A stretch of 63,983 bases of DNA, counting the filler, from Stramenopiles sp. TOSAG23-3 (taxonomy: Eukaryota): assembly GCA_900128585.1 (NCBI GenBank). It is 4 parts of 4 records of this genome, joined end to end, with 100 filler letters (N's around TTAATTAATTAA, not from the genome) between each part and the next. Parts side by side here need not be neighbours in the genome. Positions count along the whole stretch, not along the records: positions 32,485 to 48,567 come from LT642499.1; positions 48,668 to 63,983 come from LT642527.1; 2 more parts are not named here. One strand, written 5' to 3'. Every line of letters starts with the position of its first letter. Position 1 is the stretch's first letter. Position numbers and translations under genes: made by a program. A model generated the notes under the pieces. That model was not told the origin of the DNA. It saw nothing but the letters and a program-made list of their open reading frames with translations, and ran no database searches. Positions 47,501 to 55,861 of the stretch are shown in pieces.

Positions 47501-48567
47501 TCATCTACTTTCACCGATAATGAAGTGATCCGTTGCATCAAATCCTTAGATTGTTGGGTTAAAGCTTCCTCCGAACTCTTTTCCATTTCCAATGCATATT
47601 TCATCTTTACAATTTGTTCAACAACTTTTTCATGTGGTGATACATTTTCACCAGCTAAACCGATTTTCTTCGTGTTGTTTTTATTCGTACTAACTTTGCG
47701 CAAAACATTCACCATTTCTTGTGGTGTCAATTTATTTAAAATTTGTTGAATAGCAACGTTTATCGAATGATTATGTGAATTTACTGAAAATGTAAAATCA
47801 CTTTTCAAACCACCTTTTGCAAGACGAACATGTCCTTTAGCTGCATCATTAGACGTTGGTTTATGATCGCAACCAATTGATTTAGTACCAGGCAATGTAC
47901 CTCCAAGTGAATCATCCGTTACAACAACTGGTGCACATGCCGATTCAGCAGTTTCAATTGTTTCTGCACTTTCTAAAAAGATAGCAGTTTCAATTGCCGT
48001 AGTTGTTGAAATACTATGACCAGTTATTATTGGACCTTTTGGTGTGCGTTGCTTCTTCTTTTTATTTGGAAGCAAATGCTTCTCGATCAAATCATCTGTC
48101 TCTGTATTGACAGGCTTTGATGTGACAGATACATCACCTACATTCACGCGGATCCCCATTTCTTGCAATTTTTCAATGACTGCTTTTTGCATAACATTAG
48201 CATTTTCATTTCCTAACATTGCTTTGGCTTTGTCATCTAAATCTGTAATAGCCGTATCGTTCGTTGTTGCAACTACGTTTGCTTCTTGATGCATTAATTT
48301 GCTCATGTTTCTTGCCACTTTGATTTTTGATGAATCGTCGTGTACCTTTGCTTTAACTTTACCATCACATCCAGTAGATGCAGTGGCAGATGAGCCAGTT
48401 GCAGATGAACCAGTTGCAGATGAACCAGTTGCAGAACCGGTTGCTGCTGCAGCTCCCGTAGTACCAATAACACCTGATGCGGAGGAAGCTGAACCAGTTT
48501 CTGAACCAGTTTCTGAACCAGTTTCTGAACCAGTTTCTGAACCAGTTTCTGAACCAGTTTCTGAACC
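41512..48567 (-). CDS. Giant (>2350 aa, 5'-truncated) protein with Ser/Thr/Gly repeats, coiled coils and a PSI-like Cys domain
   Basis: Frame stays open from 48318 to the contig edge at 48567 (GSET repeats); CxxITSCxxC...CGWCxxxC...C...CP PSI-like motif; long STG/ATG repeat tracts. Confidence 0.85.
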   Translation of the reverse strand, partial: GSETGSETGSETGSETGSETGSETGSASSASGVIGTTGAAAATGSATGSSATGSSATGSSATASTGCDGKVKAKVHDDSSKIKVARNMSKLMHQEANVVATTNDTAITDLDDKAKAMLGNENANVMQKAVIEKLQEMGIRVNVGDVSVTSKPVNTETDDLIEKHLLPNKKKKQRTPKGPIITGHSISTTTAIETAIFLESAETIETAESACAPVVVTDDSLGGTLPGTKSIGCDHKPTSNDAAKGHVRLAKGGLKSDFTFSVNSHNHSINVAIQQILNKLTPQEMVNVLRKVSTNKNNTKKIGLAGENVSPHEKVVEQIVKMKYALEMEKSSEEALTQQSKDLMQRITSLSVKVDDATAYVERLKDGLVLLEDNVKHQNFTLILASDHLKACTGKLNVQLKKLNSYKLEEEASDATLEQSNGFDGVNSNAVKQQTKILTRKIHRQANALRADIKELREACAARNNTYVQEQVTFTKAVVELAKERREIRSKRLMNQRNIALLHLLKMQATMLEKKTLKSHASVLSLQTNVVDLEARKRRLEIAYEEEKIAPKLVRVNHHAEITCAQITSCGKCLSHNADVVDGDTQCGWCNGRCYDGNKDGPLVGDVCVNTYVFAGAGNNNKCPAKNEEVVGTHDAPSPLSIKDGMDDDTLDVVKKHVKKDVNLFKHVMNERYGGVQSLQMMKKQQMLIKEGNTKRVKNIVKAHQEKEDAMLKWNMKQSLIRTTNDVSAKLKAVRFATAVVAKLDAKILTDRLAMEDSLSKANEVGMRDNDEGSGDVVDEYKLQSRFAKVDLLNLEKDLKVKEGKRKELMGLYIVAAKRLYELRRNVPSWYVLVGEKLHRPHGIVWVRDLKGPILTGQNMIGHIGTGGTGMSSGMSGMTGMTGGSHMSGTTGPTGMIGGGVAMTGTTGPTGMTASTGATGSANTGVTGGKYVDPYDTDEVNIGDAQTGVGYTDVGTTGGTGGVDGATGVDGGDDDVTGGATGVVDGEDGNTGSSSSGSTGSSTSGSTGSSSSGSTGVVGGTASTGSSGSTGATGLASTGSATGLGATASTGMASTGSATVIGATASTGMASTVRGATASTGSSSSGSTGATSLGATASTGATGIGATASTSSSRSTGSSSSGSTGSSSSGNTGSSSSRSTGATSIGATASTGMASTGRGATASTGSSSSGSTGAPTSTGSSRSTGSSASGSTGSGIGGTASTGSTGNSGISGASGAEQLAMKAIASIPGASSSTGSAKVLSLILKKLGGSTETGAGSPMAALVNDISSTGASGSTGASGSTGASGSTGASGTTGATGSSRTGSTGSSTSTGSAEQRVAKKAKADLIAKEEAIGSEMQKLSVLKEKAKEEDTPELEAAVRLQQTKVKNDEAAMQQDIQKVAKVRKLAEEQGVSEAEFLAATSGTGASGATGGKTGATGGKTGATGIGSLATASTGSTGPSATATTGPSATATTGPAATASTGPSATASTGPAAIAKELAEEKKLLLADKSFAGLGNLIPKDTLAAPTSTGGTGSTGASGSSAAKAAVDNVATAMLKKLEAVKASEGAKETAKAKKEVAAEKAMAEKEKDLARKDEEKAEEARELAEQSPSKENEEAADKAEEKALVVEDKATKLKAKADAAKKKEVAVEKAMATGSSGTTGGASPLKKLLALMSASATGPSAGIAANFLKEEEKATGISGISGISGASGATGGKTGASGMSGMTGSAETGLEMDPKVIAAKAKVSNGKTKLARLEMVLDKDLPSEAREKLEQEKAALNRSVAEEEAEVNVTKAKRKAAKDEDKLRLLKDAARNESNPVKKKLLQKIAAQQQNFTDIAEAETKKVEAEDALRKLMAATGGISKKLLMEQQLAVVNATQALNKTVKEEKPKVLDLDGRLEVSVLHPDEGGPKSGVEVVKHFKKRDMGEMVNISVAKVDTSLPAKPPVQKVVAPKKAPCVGCLVVNKTTREAKVALTKTTNMAVKQMTAVTNHALEAVGHMFDNAETGLDSRWDETGSAATGTIGGVDGGVIALGSDETGASEATGSTASSTGATGATGSTGLTGATGSTSSASTGPSRLDVALEKATKLSRGSIRRAAGLDILKNIHTAAEAEATSAEADLDAVLLKEKKARDTKAAAAQGRIVKNLLALKKVQMAQAALEKAKLANATVVAQRIEVLDNSLKQQVSEGEKSLDFAKEKGQKVGTEDAKIIASLKEREGNASRVLVAAERTANKSATGYIIATKAVNATEEELAALLGVDGTGGTGFSGSTGISGATGGADEVRGPTGVHESGATSSAGVQESSTGSMSGTTAASGGTGATGNDIPDNIAPTGVNEATAGAHSATGFSKEHSPLSLTEQHQRMVLMGGEGGGKK
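48492..48567. repeat. 12-bp tandem repeat (GAACCAGTTTCT)n encoding GSET
   Basis: About six perfect copies running into the contig end. Confidence 0.9.
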
Positions 48568-48667
48568 NNNNNNNNNNNNNNNNNNNNNNNNNNNNNNNNN
48601 NNNNNNNNNNNTTAATTAATTAANNNNNNNNNNNNNNNNNNNNNNNNNNNNNNNNNNNNNNNNNNNN
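48568..48667. other. Artificial contig spacer N44-TTAATTAATTAA-N44
   Basis: Same 100-nt linker. Confidence 0.98.
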
Positions 48668-49202
48668 AGAAGAGAAGAGAAGAGAAGAGAGAAGAAGAGA
48701 GAAGAAGAGAAAAAGAGAAGAGAGAGAGCGAAGAGAAGAGAAGAAGAGAAAAGAAGAAGAGAGAATCAAAGAAAAGAAAGAATTTGAAATTAAAAAATTA
48801 AAAGAAACGAAAGAAGCAGAGAAGCAGTACTACTACTACGAAAAACGGTATATAATTAATATTGTAATACTTCCTAATAATAATACAACAGCAGTCAGTC
48901 ACTAAAAACACAGGTAGTAGTATTACATAACTATAATATAATCGAATAAAATTGAGTCTGAGTCGTGTATTAAAATATTGAATTGTTTTAAAACGAAGGT
49001 GGCGAACTAAGTGATGAAAACGTTTTATCCATTGATGAGGTAGAAGGAGTAAGAAAAGGGACAAGTCAACGTCAGAGATTGGATGCATTTCGTTGTTTTA
49101 ATATTTAAAGCATAAATATCCAAGAGGAACAAGTATACCGAGTGGTATGAGTTACCTGCGCGTTGCCAGTATGAACCATCGGACGACTCGATAGGCGGTG
49201 TC

Positions 49203-52200
49203 ATGGACGTCGGAAACAGCGCTCTGCCCGGAGAAACAAACCGGAATCGTTTGTGGGTGTGGAGGAACATATGGAAACCCAAAACGAAGACAAAATTACG
49301 ACTGAATATCCCAGATACTATTATCTTAGAAAAGGGGGAAATAAAACGATGGCTTTTTACATCGAAAGACCAAACGGTCTTGAAGCGGGGAAGCGGAAAG
49401 GCCACGTTTACTAACTTGCTGTCAAGGTTTCAAACGTTGTATGGGCAGCAACAAATGAACATTCGCGGTACCACTAAAATGGATGCTGGGGTGGGGCTTT
49501 TGTACAGCAATAGAGGGGACGAAACAATGACGAAGGAAATCGCTCTGCCAGAGTTGAGCACGATGTGCAGCGTGGAAACTGCCCCGCTTCGCCACAAAAC
49601 GGATATTGTCCAGTTCAAAACTGTTGGGCGTACAGGGGAACAGCTTTTATACCATAACACGTACCAGGCACCAAATCCGGGCAATGACAGGGGGGTGGTG
49701 GCCACCACAACCTATCGCGTTCGTCTTTTTGAAGAAGAGGTTGTGGACGCGCAAAGCCATGTAAACTACACGTCTGAACGAAAAGATGCGTCGGTAAACA
49801 GCATTGTGGTCATGAAGGCCCAAAAGAACCTAAAAAGACTTCAAAGTATGGACCGGGCATTTAATAAAAAATTGGACCAAACAACGCGTGGAATTGTCAG
49901 GTTCATTGAGGGGAGAACGAAGACGACTATCGCAAAGCTAACCGTAGAGTACTCGATTGATCCAGATGGCACGCCAATTTTTTCTGATGCCCGGAACATC
50001 AGTACTTTCGCCCCGAAAGTTCGCAATAAACGGGCAGAATTGCCCCGAAGGATCAGAATAGCTTTTGGGGACATCCAAGGGAACTCGTCCCAGCGGCTAG
50101 CAACAACAACCAACAGGTCGTTGCAATTCCACACCAGGAATCATGAAACGTATCAGGACGTTTCCCCCGGATCATCTGAAGGGGCAATTACATTGGCCCA
50201 TTCAAAAGCGAAAGTCATAAAAGTGCACCGAAAAAGCTGCCACGGGGACTTTTGTTCTTTTGTAGACAAGAATTCTCAAGATCAGATAGGTAGCGAAGAC
50301 TTGTCTGTGGAATCTTCGGCAGCAAAGCCAGCATGGACGAGGCAAAATGCGATCAAAGCAGAGTGGAAAAAAACCAGCAAACAAATGGACAAAGTACGAC
50401 AGCAGCACAAGGAAGACATTGTTTCATCTGTTCGGGCAACAATTATTAGGAGCGGTTCTAAATTTGACGATGACAACGACGAAAGCAACCACAACGAACG
50501 GCCTAGTACCACAGAATCTTTTGAAAAACCTAGGAAAACGGTAAAAAATAAAAAGCATAAATCATATCCGTTGGCATTTCGTATGATAGCAAACGCGAGA
50601 ATAGATACCCAATACATGCCCGACGAGTTGACGCGGTGGTACATGACTAACCGAGCGAACACACGACGAGGCGATGGACCATGGATCCACGTCATAGCAC
50701 CAATAAATGGTAAAAAATACAATGCTGGCCGATCGGTTAGGTGTGTCTGGGAATGGGCGGGAATCATTGGGTGTGCAAAAATACAGTTATTTCTAGCCTT
50801 TAACAAGGTTCACGACGTTGTCATGTCTACGAAAAACGATGGATTGTATGTTTTTGAAATCCCCACAGGACTTTATGAAGGGGCGGAATCCCACATGCAC
50901 GGTAACATGTGGCGTTTGAAGGTTTCCGACACAAGCAATCCAAATATATTTTCGTACAGCAGTCGGTTTTCGATACAGGATCCATCTAGGCCCGAGGAAC
51001 GTCGTAATCGTGCAGTGGATAAACGCAATGAAGCGGATAGCAAATACCTAGATCTAATGCAAGACCTCGATCGAGACGAAATCGAACTTACACGGGTATC
51101 TCGAAAACTGGCGGGCATGACCCATTACTTAAATTCAGTGAAACAGAACAACCACGTACCAGCAAGCTTGAAATATTCACAGATCACCGTGTGTCGACAG
51201 TGCTATTTAGTTTACAATCGATTGGAGCTCCGCAAACGAGACTGCAACCGTTTGAAAGATGCGGGGTGCCGCTTGGACGATCTTGGTCAAGTCATCGGGG
51301 GCGAGCCACCAACTGCATCTTTACAAATTCGCCCCCTGGACGAAGCGCGTTTAGAAAAGCAGATGAAGGTGATTGTCGACGGGCCCGACGTTGAACGTAC
51401 TTTAAAGAAACGGCCAAATGCAGTCGTTCGGCATCAGCATATCGTGCAGAAACGGGAACGGAAAGAACTTAAGCTGAAAAAAGTCAATGATATTTGCATT
51501 GATATAGAGACGAACCTTGCACGTGGGCTAGGTGTATCGCAAACGCGATTGAAGGATTTTGAGGATGCATACGCCCTCGCTTTGAAGGCCGGGGTGACTG
51601 TCGATAACTCAAGCATCCGAAATGCTGACTTTTTGAAATTGAAATTGAAACGTTTGAATCGCATCCGGTCCCACACAAAGTTTGACAATGGGTCTGGGAT
51701 GTTTAGAAAGAATATTGGACCATCGTCCGCGTGGGAAGCAAACCCTTTAGTTCCTATTAATTTATTCGACGACGATATTTCTGAGGAATCCGACGATGAG
51801 CCATTGCTAGCCCCGACCGAAAAGTCGTTCAATAGCATAATGCGGAATGCCCCTACGCTGCCACCAGCAGTGTCAGTTGGTCCGAGGCGAAAGGGTTGGA
51901 CCCTTGTCAGTGGCCTGGCGGCGGAGACAAAGGCACCAGAAGACCAATTTGTCGCTCCCCCTACGGAGCCAACTGTGCACAGAAAAGACACCATGCAAAA
52001 GGGAACAGGACATCAAGGGAAACTAACTCGTAAAGGCAATAGCAATTCATACATTGCACCCACAAGATCCAGCACCCTGCGCACCCGCAAGAAAGCCCCA
52101 CAGAGTTATTCGGCGGCCAACCTCCCCGTCTCAAAGAAAACGACGAAGAAGAAGCCGCGGGCCAAGAAATCACTGACCCATGCGCGCTCAACCGCGTCAA

Positions 52201-55200
52201 TAGACTCTCGATACGAAAACATAATCCCCCTCCTAGAAGCACGAGGGGCGGGGGCACGTGATTTTAAACTAAGTAAAACAGCGGAACGCGCCTCTCCGAA
52301 AAAGAAAATTCCTTGGAGCACCGGCTCTGAAACCTTCGATGCGTCCTCGCCAGCAGGCGAACGACAATCCTTATTCGGAGAACCGCCAAGGCAAAAGCGG
52401 AAAAAAACGACCCGGAAACAACGGATGCATGATGCCCGATCGACAAGTTTCAAAGAGAAGACGGGGCGAAAATATAGAAGCAACCGTTTGAAAAAGAAGT
52501 CAAGCATCACCACGTCAAAGCGCAACCGATCAGGCAAACCCTTGAAGCACAAAAGAAGGCAATCGAAGAAACGGGCGAACATGAAGCTGATGCCGACAGA
52601 GATACGACATGACGCAGCATTGCGAAAAGTTGTGTGCGTGCTAGTACTGGGTCAATTGGCGGATATTCGCCACCTTCTGCGTGTCTACTCTGCAAACGGA
52701 ACACGAGGGCTTTCTCAAAGTTTTCCAGCGGAAGAGCAGCATTTAGACCTAAATGAGAGCCCCTCCAAAAAAGTCAGCTGGTTGCTCGAAAATTTTGTAT
52801 GCTGCGCCAACGTGTTTGCAAGCATTTTTGCCCCTTTTGATTCTCGAAGAAACAGGTCACAAGAGCGATTTTTAAATACAATAGGCGTGTACAAAGGGGC
52901 AGACATTGATCCCAGCGTTCCGTGGTCCTCGGAGACCGTTACACGTGACGCAGTAAAATTAGTAAAACAGTTTCTCAGATGGTTCAACGTAGGAATGCCA
53001 CGATGCTTAATATTTGAAGGCATTGCCCATTGGGTCTCCGGCAGCGTTATGTTGGCGCACCAAAAATGGAAGCAGGCAGCGGTGGAAGCAAAACGATCCA
53101 CTGGGGTCAACTCGTACGATGCTGCGGTTGCGTACTTTCTTATTGGGAGGCATAGTGATATCAAAACATCTGCACTGGACAGAAAGAAGGCGTTGCGGAA
53201 AGCGCTGGTTATATTTCGACAGTTGAATGGCGAGGCGAAGGAAGAAGAATCCGTGCTCGAGGTGGAGTTGAAAATTCCCCAAAAGCCCAAAGTGGACAGC
53301 GCCGCGCGGGCTAACACCTTTACGCCACCTTCAGAAACGTCATACCCAGACAGGGTTTCACCAGGAAACATGGAAGTTACGAAGGAAGAGAGCGACACAG
53401 AGCCAGGGGACAGCGCACGCTCGGGCATATACGACAATTCTGCTTACGAAAACTTTCTTGTTCGATCTACGACCCAAGAGTCGGCCTCTAGTCATATTCT
53501 CGGAGACGACCGAGACTTCTATGACGACCAAGATAGTAGTGGGGGCATGGAAGTCAACCAGACTTCGCTCAAAGATTTGTGGAACGCAAATACTACCAAA
53601 CCAACGCTTGATCATGGCCTTCATAGCGTCGATAAATACCAAGAAGATGTTGATGATGCATTCGACGGTGAAATGGACGAGCCCAACTACGGATTGGACA
53701 ACCCGGCAACCCCAGAGAGTCAACAAATTTACTCTGCTGCTGTTCCTCCGCCAACAGCAGAAATAGAGGCGATAATGAATGCACCAATTACACCCAGCTC
53801 AACGGCAGGAACGATGTATGGCCCCCCTATGACCCCGGGTGTCCCCTCCACCAGCGGTAGTTCGACTATAAAAGTTAACACAATGTATGGCCCAATCACA
53901 CCCGGGTACGGCCCAATCACACCGGAGGACAGCGGCAGCGTGGCTGGATATGGCCCTGTAACACCAGGGTACGAGTATCCAAATGCGTATAACGGCACCC
54001 AGCAGGCACCACCCGCTACCGCAGATGTTGCAGCGATAATGAATGCCCCAATAACCCCCGGGGTTGGGCAAGGTCCCGTTACCCCAGGTTACGAGTTCCA
54101 AGAGGGCTATAATAGCAGTCCACCTGCCCCCCCCGCTACTGCAGACGTTGCAGCGATAATGAACGCTCCGATAACTCCTGGTACCGCCAATGGTTCCATC
54201 ACACCCGGCTACAATCCAGGCAATACCCCCAATACTCCAGGTTTTGGTGGCCCAATAACCCCAGGCTACGATACCATGCATAACAGCACTCATATGGCAC
54301 CTGCGACCGCGGACGTTGCAGAAATTATGAATGCACCCATAACACCAGAATTTGTAATGCCCGTGCCTTCAACAAATAAAAAAGACGACGATTTAAGTCT
54401 GGTTGACGGCGCTAGCATGGACTCGAGCGGAATCAAGATCAAACCGTTGTACAAAGAGCAGTCCAACGTGCCGTCCCTTCCGCCACTGCATTCCCAAGAA
54501 GCGGAGCTTAGGGTCCGCAAGATGAAAGCGAACGCATTAGACGAGCTGCGTCAAAACTTTCGGCCACAGGCACACGAGAGCGATTCTGAAGATTCCGTGG
54601 CGTCAACGATTCGTGATTTGCGAGAAAAGCATGAGGACGATGTGAAGGTTTTGAAAGTCAAACTGCAATCTGAGCGACGCAGGCAACGTTCAAGCCTGCA
54701 GCGAAAACTAGGGGCAGAAAATTCAACCCGAGTTAATCTTGAAGATGGACCGAATCAGGAAGGGCAACTGTCGATAGTAAGAACAGACTCCACAAGCGAA
54801 GTTGCGACGTTGAAAACCCGTCTGTTGCGCGAACGAGAAAGGCAACGTGAGACGATGAAGCGGAAGTTGGAGGCCAGGAGGCGCAATTCTCAGAAGACCC
54901 TAGAACAGGTTGGAAAAGCGGCCAATGCAGCCTACACATTTTATTCAGCTGGTGAAACATCGTCAGCGAAGGATGTTGCAAGAGAGGCACCAAGGCTTGG
55001 GGAGATCGAAACTTCGGAAGTGACGGGTGGCCCAAGGGAGTCGTTACGAAAGTCAGGTCATTTCAATACGTACGAAAAGCCTGCATCCCCAGTTGCAAGC
55101 GACGAGGCGATAAAAGCACCCTCTCCGAAAAAGAAGCCGAAGAAATTGCTGTCTGCACGACTTGAGAATAATATGGCTGGTATTCTTTTCAAAATGGTTC

Positions 55201-55532
55201 TGCAACAGAAAACGCTTGCACTCAACGCCATGCTGGACGCGGGCAGCGACGTATTTGTTCGAAACGAAGCTGGGAACACCCTATTGATCGAAGCTGCGAA
55301 AAATGACGATATGGACATGATGCACATGCTCATTGCGCATGGGGGAAAGGAGCTCTTGGATACTCAAAATTTCGAAGGCAGTACTGCACTGCACTACATT
55401 TTCGAACGCGAAGATCCTATTGGCGCGTCATTTTTGATAGCAAATGGTGCCGATGAAACCATTTGCAACATGTATGGTCTACCAGCTCGGGATGGCGTTA
55501 CCCTAAAAAACTTCAAAGAGTTGAAGTTCTAA
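49203..55532 (+). CDS. 2109-aa multidomain protein: conserved protist N-terminal domain, Ig-like insert, TP repeats, C-terminal ankyrin repeats
   Basis: IPDTII...G...WLFTSKD and CHGDFC, VCRQCY motifs; GPITPGY repeats; ankyrins GNTLLIEAA, GSTALHY. Confidence 0.8.
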   Translation: MDVGNSALPGETNRNRLWVWRNIWKPKTKTKLRLNIPDTIILEKGEIKRWLFTSKDQTVLKRGSGKATFTNLLSRFQTLYGQQQMNIRGTTKMDAGVGLLYSNRGDETMTKEIALPELSTMCSVETAPLRHKTDIVQFKTVGRTGEQLLYHNTYQAPNPGNDRGVVATTTYRVRLFEEEVVDAQSHVNYTSERKDASVNSIVVMKAQKNLKRLQSMDRAFNKKLDQTTRGIVRFIEGRTKTTIAKLTVEYSIDPDGTPIFSDARNISTFAPKVRNKRAELPRRIRIAFGDIQGNSSQRLATTTNRSLQFHTRNHETYQDVSPGSSEGAITLAHSKAKVIKVHRKSCHGDFCSFVDKNSQDQIGSEDLSVESSAAKPAWTRQNAIKAEWKKTSKQMDKVRQQHKEDIVSSVRATIIRSGSKFDDDNDESNHNERPSTTESFEKPRKTVKNKKHKSYPLAFRMIANARIDTQYMPDELTRWYMTNRANTRRGDGPWIHVIAPINGKKYNAGRSVRCVWEWAGIIGCAKIQLFLAFNKVHDVVMSTKNDGLYVFEIPTGLYEGAESHMHGNMWRLKVSDTSNPNIFSYSSRFSIQDPSRPEERRNRAVDKRNEADSKYLDLMQDLDRDEIELTRVSRKLAGMTHYLNSVKQNNHVPASLKYSQITVCRQCYLVYNRLELRKRDCNRLKDAGCRLDDLGQVIGGEPPTASLQIRPLDEARLEKQMKVIVDGPDVERTLKKRPNAVVRHQHIVQKRERKELKLKKVNDICIDIETNLARGLGVSQTRLKDFEDAYALALKAGVTVDNSSIRNADFLKLKLKRLNRIRSHTKFDNGSGMFRKNIGPSSAWEANPLVPINLFDDDISEESDDEPLLAPTEKSFNSIMRNAPTLPPAVSVGPRRKGWTLVSGLAAETKAPEDQFVAPPTEPTVHRKDTMQKGTGHQGKLTRKGNSNSYIAPTRSSTLRTRKKAPQSYSAANLPVSKKTTKKKPRAKKSLTHARSTASIDSRYENIIPLLEARGAGARDFKLSKTAERASPKKKIPWSTGSETFDASSPAGERQSLFGEPPRQKRKKTTRKQRMHDARSTSFKEKTGRKYRSNRLKKKSSITTSKRNRSGKPLKHKRRQSKKRANMKLMPTEIRHDAALRKVVCVLVLGQLADIRHLLRVYSANGTRGLSQSFPAEEQHLDLNESPSKKVSWLLENFVCCANVFASIFAPFDSRRNRSQERFLNTIGVYKGADIDPSVPWSSETVTRDAVKLVKQFLRWFNVGMPRCLIFEGIAHWVSGSVMLAHQKWKQAAVEAKRSTGVNSYDAAVAYFLIGRHSDIKTSALDRKKALRKALVIFRQLNGEAKEEESVLEVELKIPQKPKVDSAARANTFTPPSETSYPDRVSPGNMEVTKEESDTEPGDSARSGIYDNSAYENFLVRSTTQESASSHILGDDRDFYDDQDSSGGMEVNQTSLKDLWNANTTKPTLDHGLHSVDKYQEDVDDAFDGEMDEPNYGLDNPATPESQQIYSAAVPPPTAEIEAIMNAPITPSSTAGTMYGPPMTPGVPSTSGSSTIKVNTMYGPITPGYGPITPEDSGSVAGYGPVTPGYEYPNAYNGTQQAPPATADVAAIMNAPITPGVGQGPVTPGYEFQEGYNSSPPAPPATADVAAIMNAPITPGTANGSITPGYNPGNTPNTPGFGGPITPGYDTMHNSTHMAPATADVAEIMNAPITPEFVMPVPSTNKKDDDLSLVDGASMDSSGIKIKPLYKEQSNVPSLPPLHSQEAELRVRKMKANALDELRQNFRPQAHESDSEDSVASTIRDLREKHEDDVKVLKVKLQSERRRQRSSLQRKLGAENSTRVNLEDGPNQEGQLSIVRTDSTSEVATLKTRLLRERERQRETMKRKLEARRRNSQKTLEQVGKAANAAYTFYSAGETSSAKDVAREAPRLGEIETSEVTGGPRESLRKSGHFNTYEKPASPVASDEAIKAPSPKKKPKKLLSARLENNMAGILFKMVLQQKTLALNAMLDAGSDVFVRNEAGNTLLIEAAKNDDMDMMHMLIAHGGKELLDTQNFEGSTALHYIFEREDPIGASFLIANGADETICNMYGLPARDGVTLKNFKELKF

Positions 55533-55861
55533 CATAAAAAAACAAGGTTCAACATGTAGAAGATATTTTATTAAATTTGGTTTCGTTGTTATTTTGCTGT
55601 TATATTTGTTCTAGTCTCCAACCTTCTTCTTCTCTCTTCTATCTTCTATCTTCTCCTCTCCTCTTCTTCTTTTTTTTTTTCTTCTCTATAGTAATTAATT
55701 TTTTTATAATATATTGATTGATATGATTGATCGTTGAGATAAACGAAGTAGTAGATTGTAAACCATGAGACTTTCTAGGACAAGAATTTTGTGGCAAAAT
55801 CCACTAGGAAAAGACCAGAGAGTCACAAGAAAATCAAAATTACGAAGCGACAACACCACCA

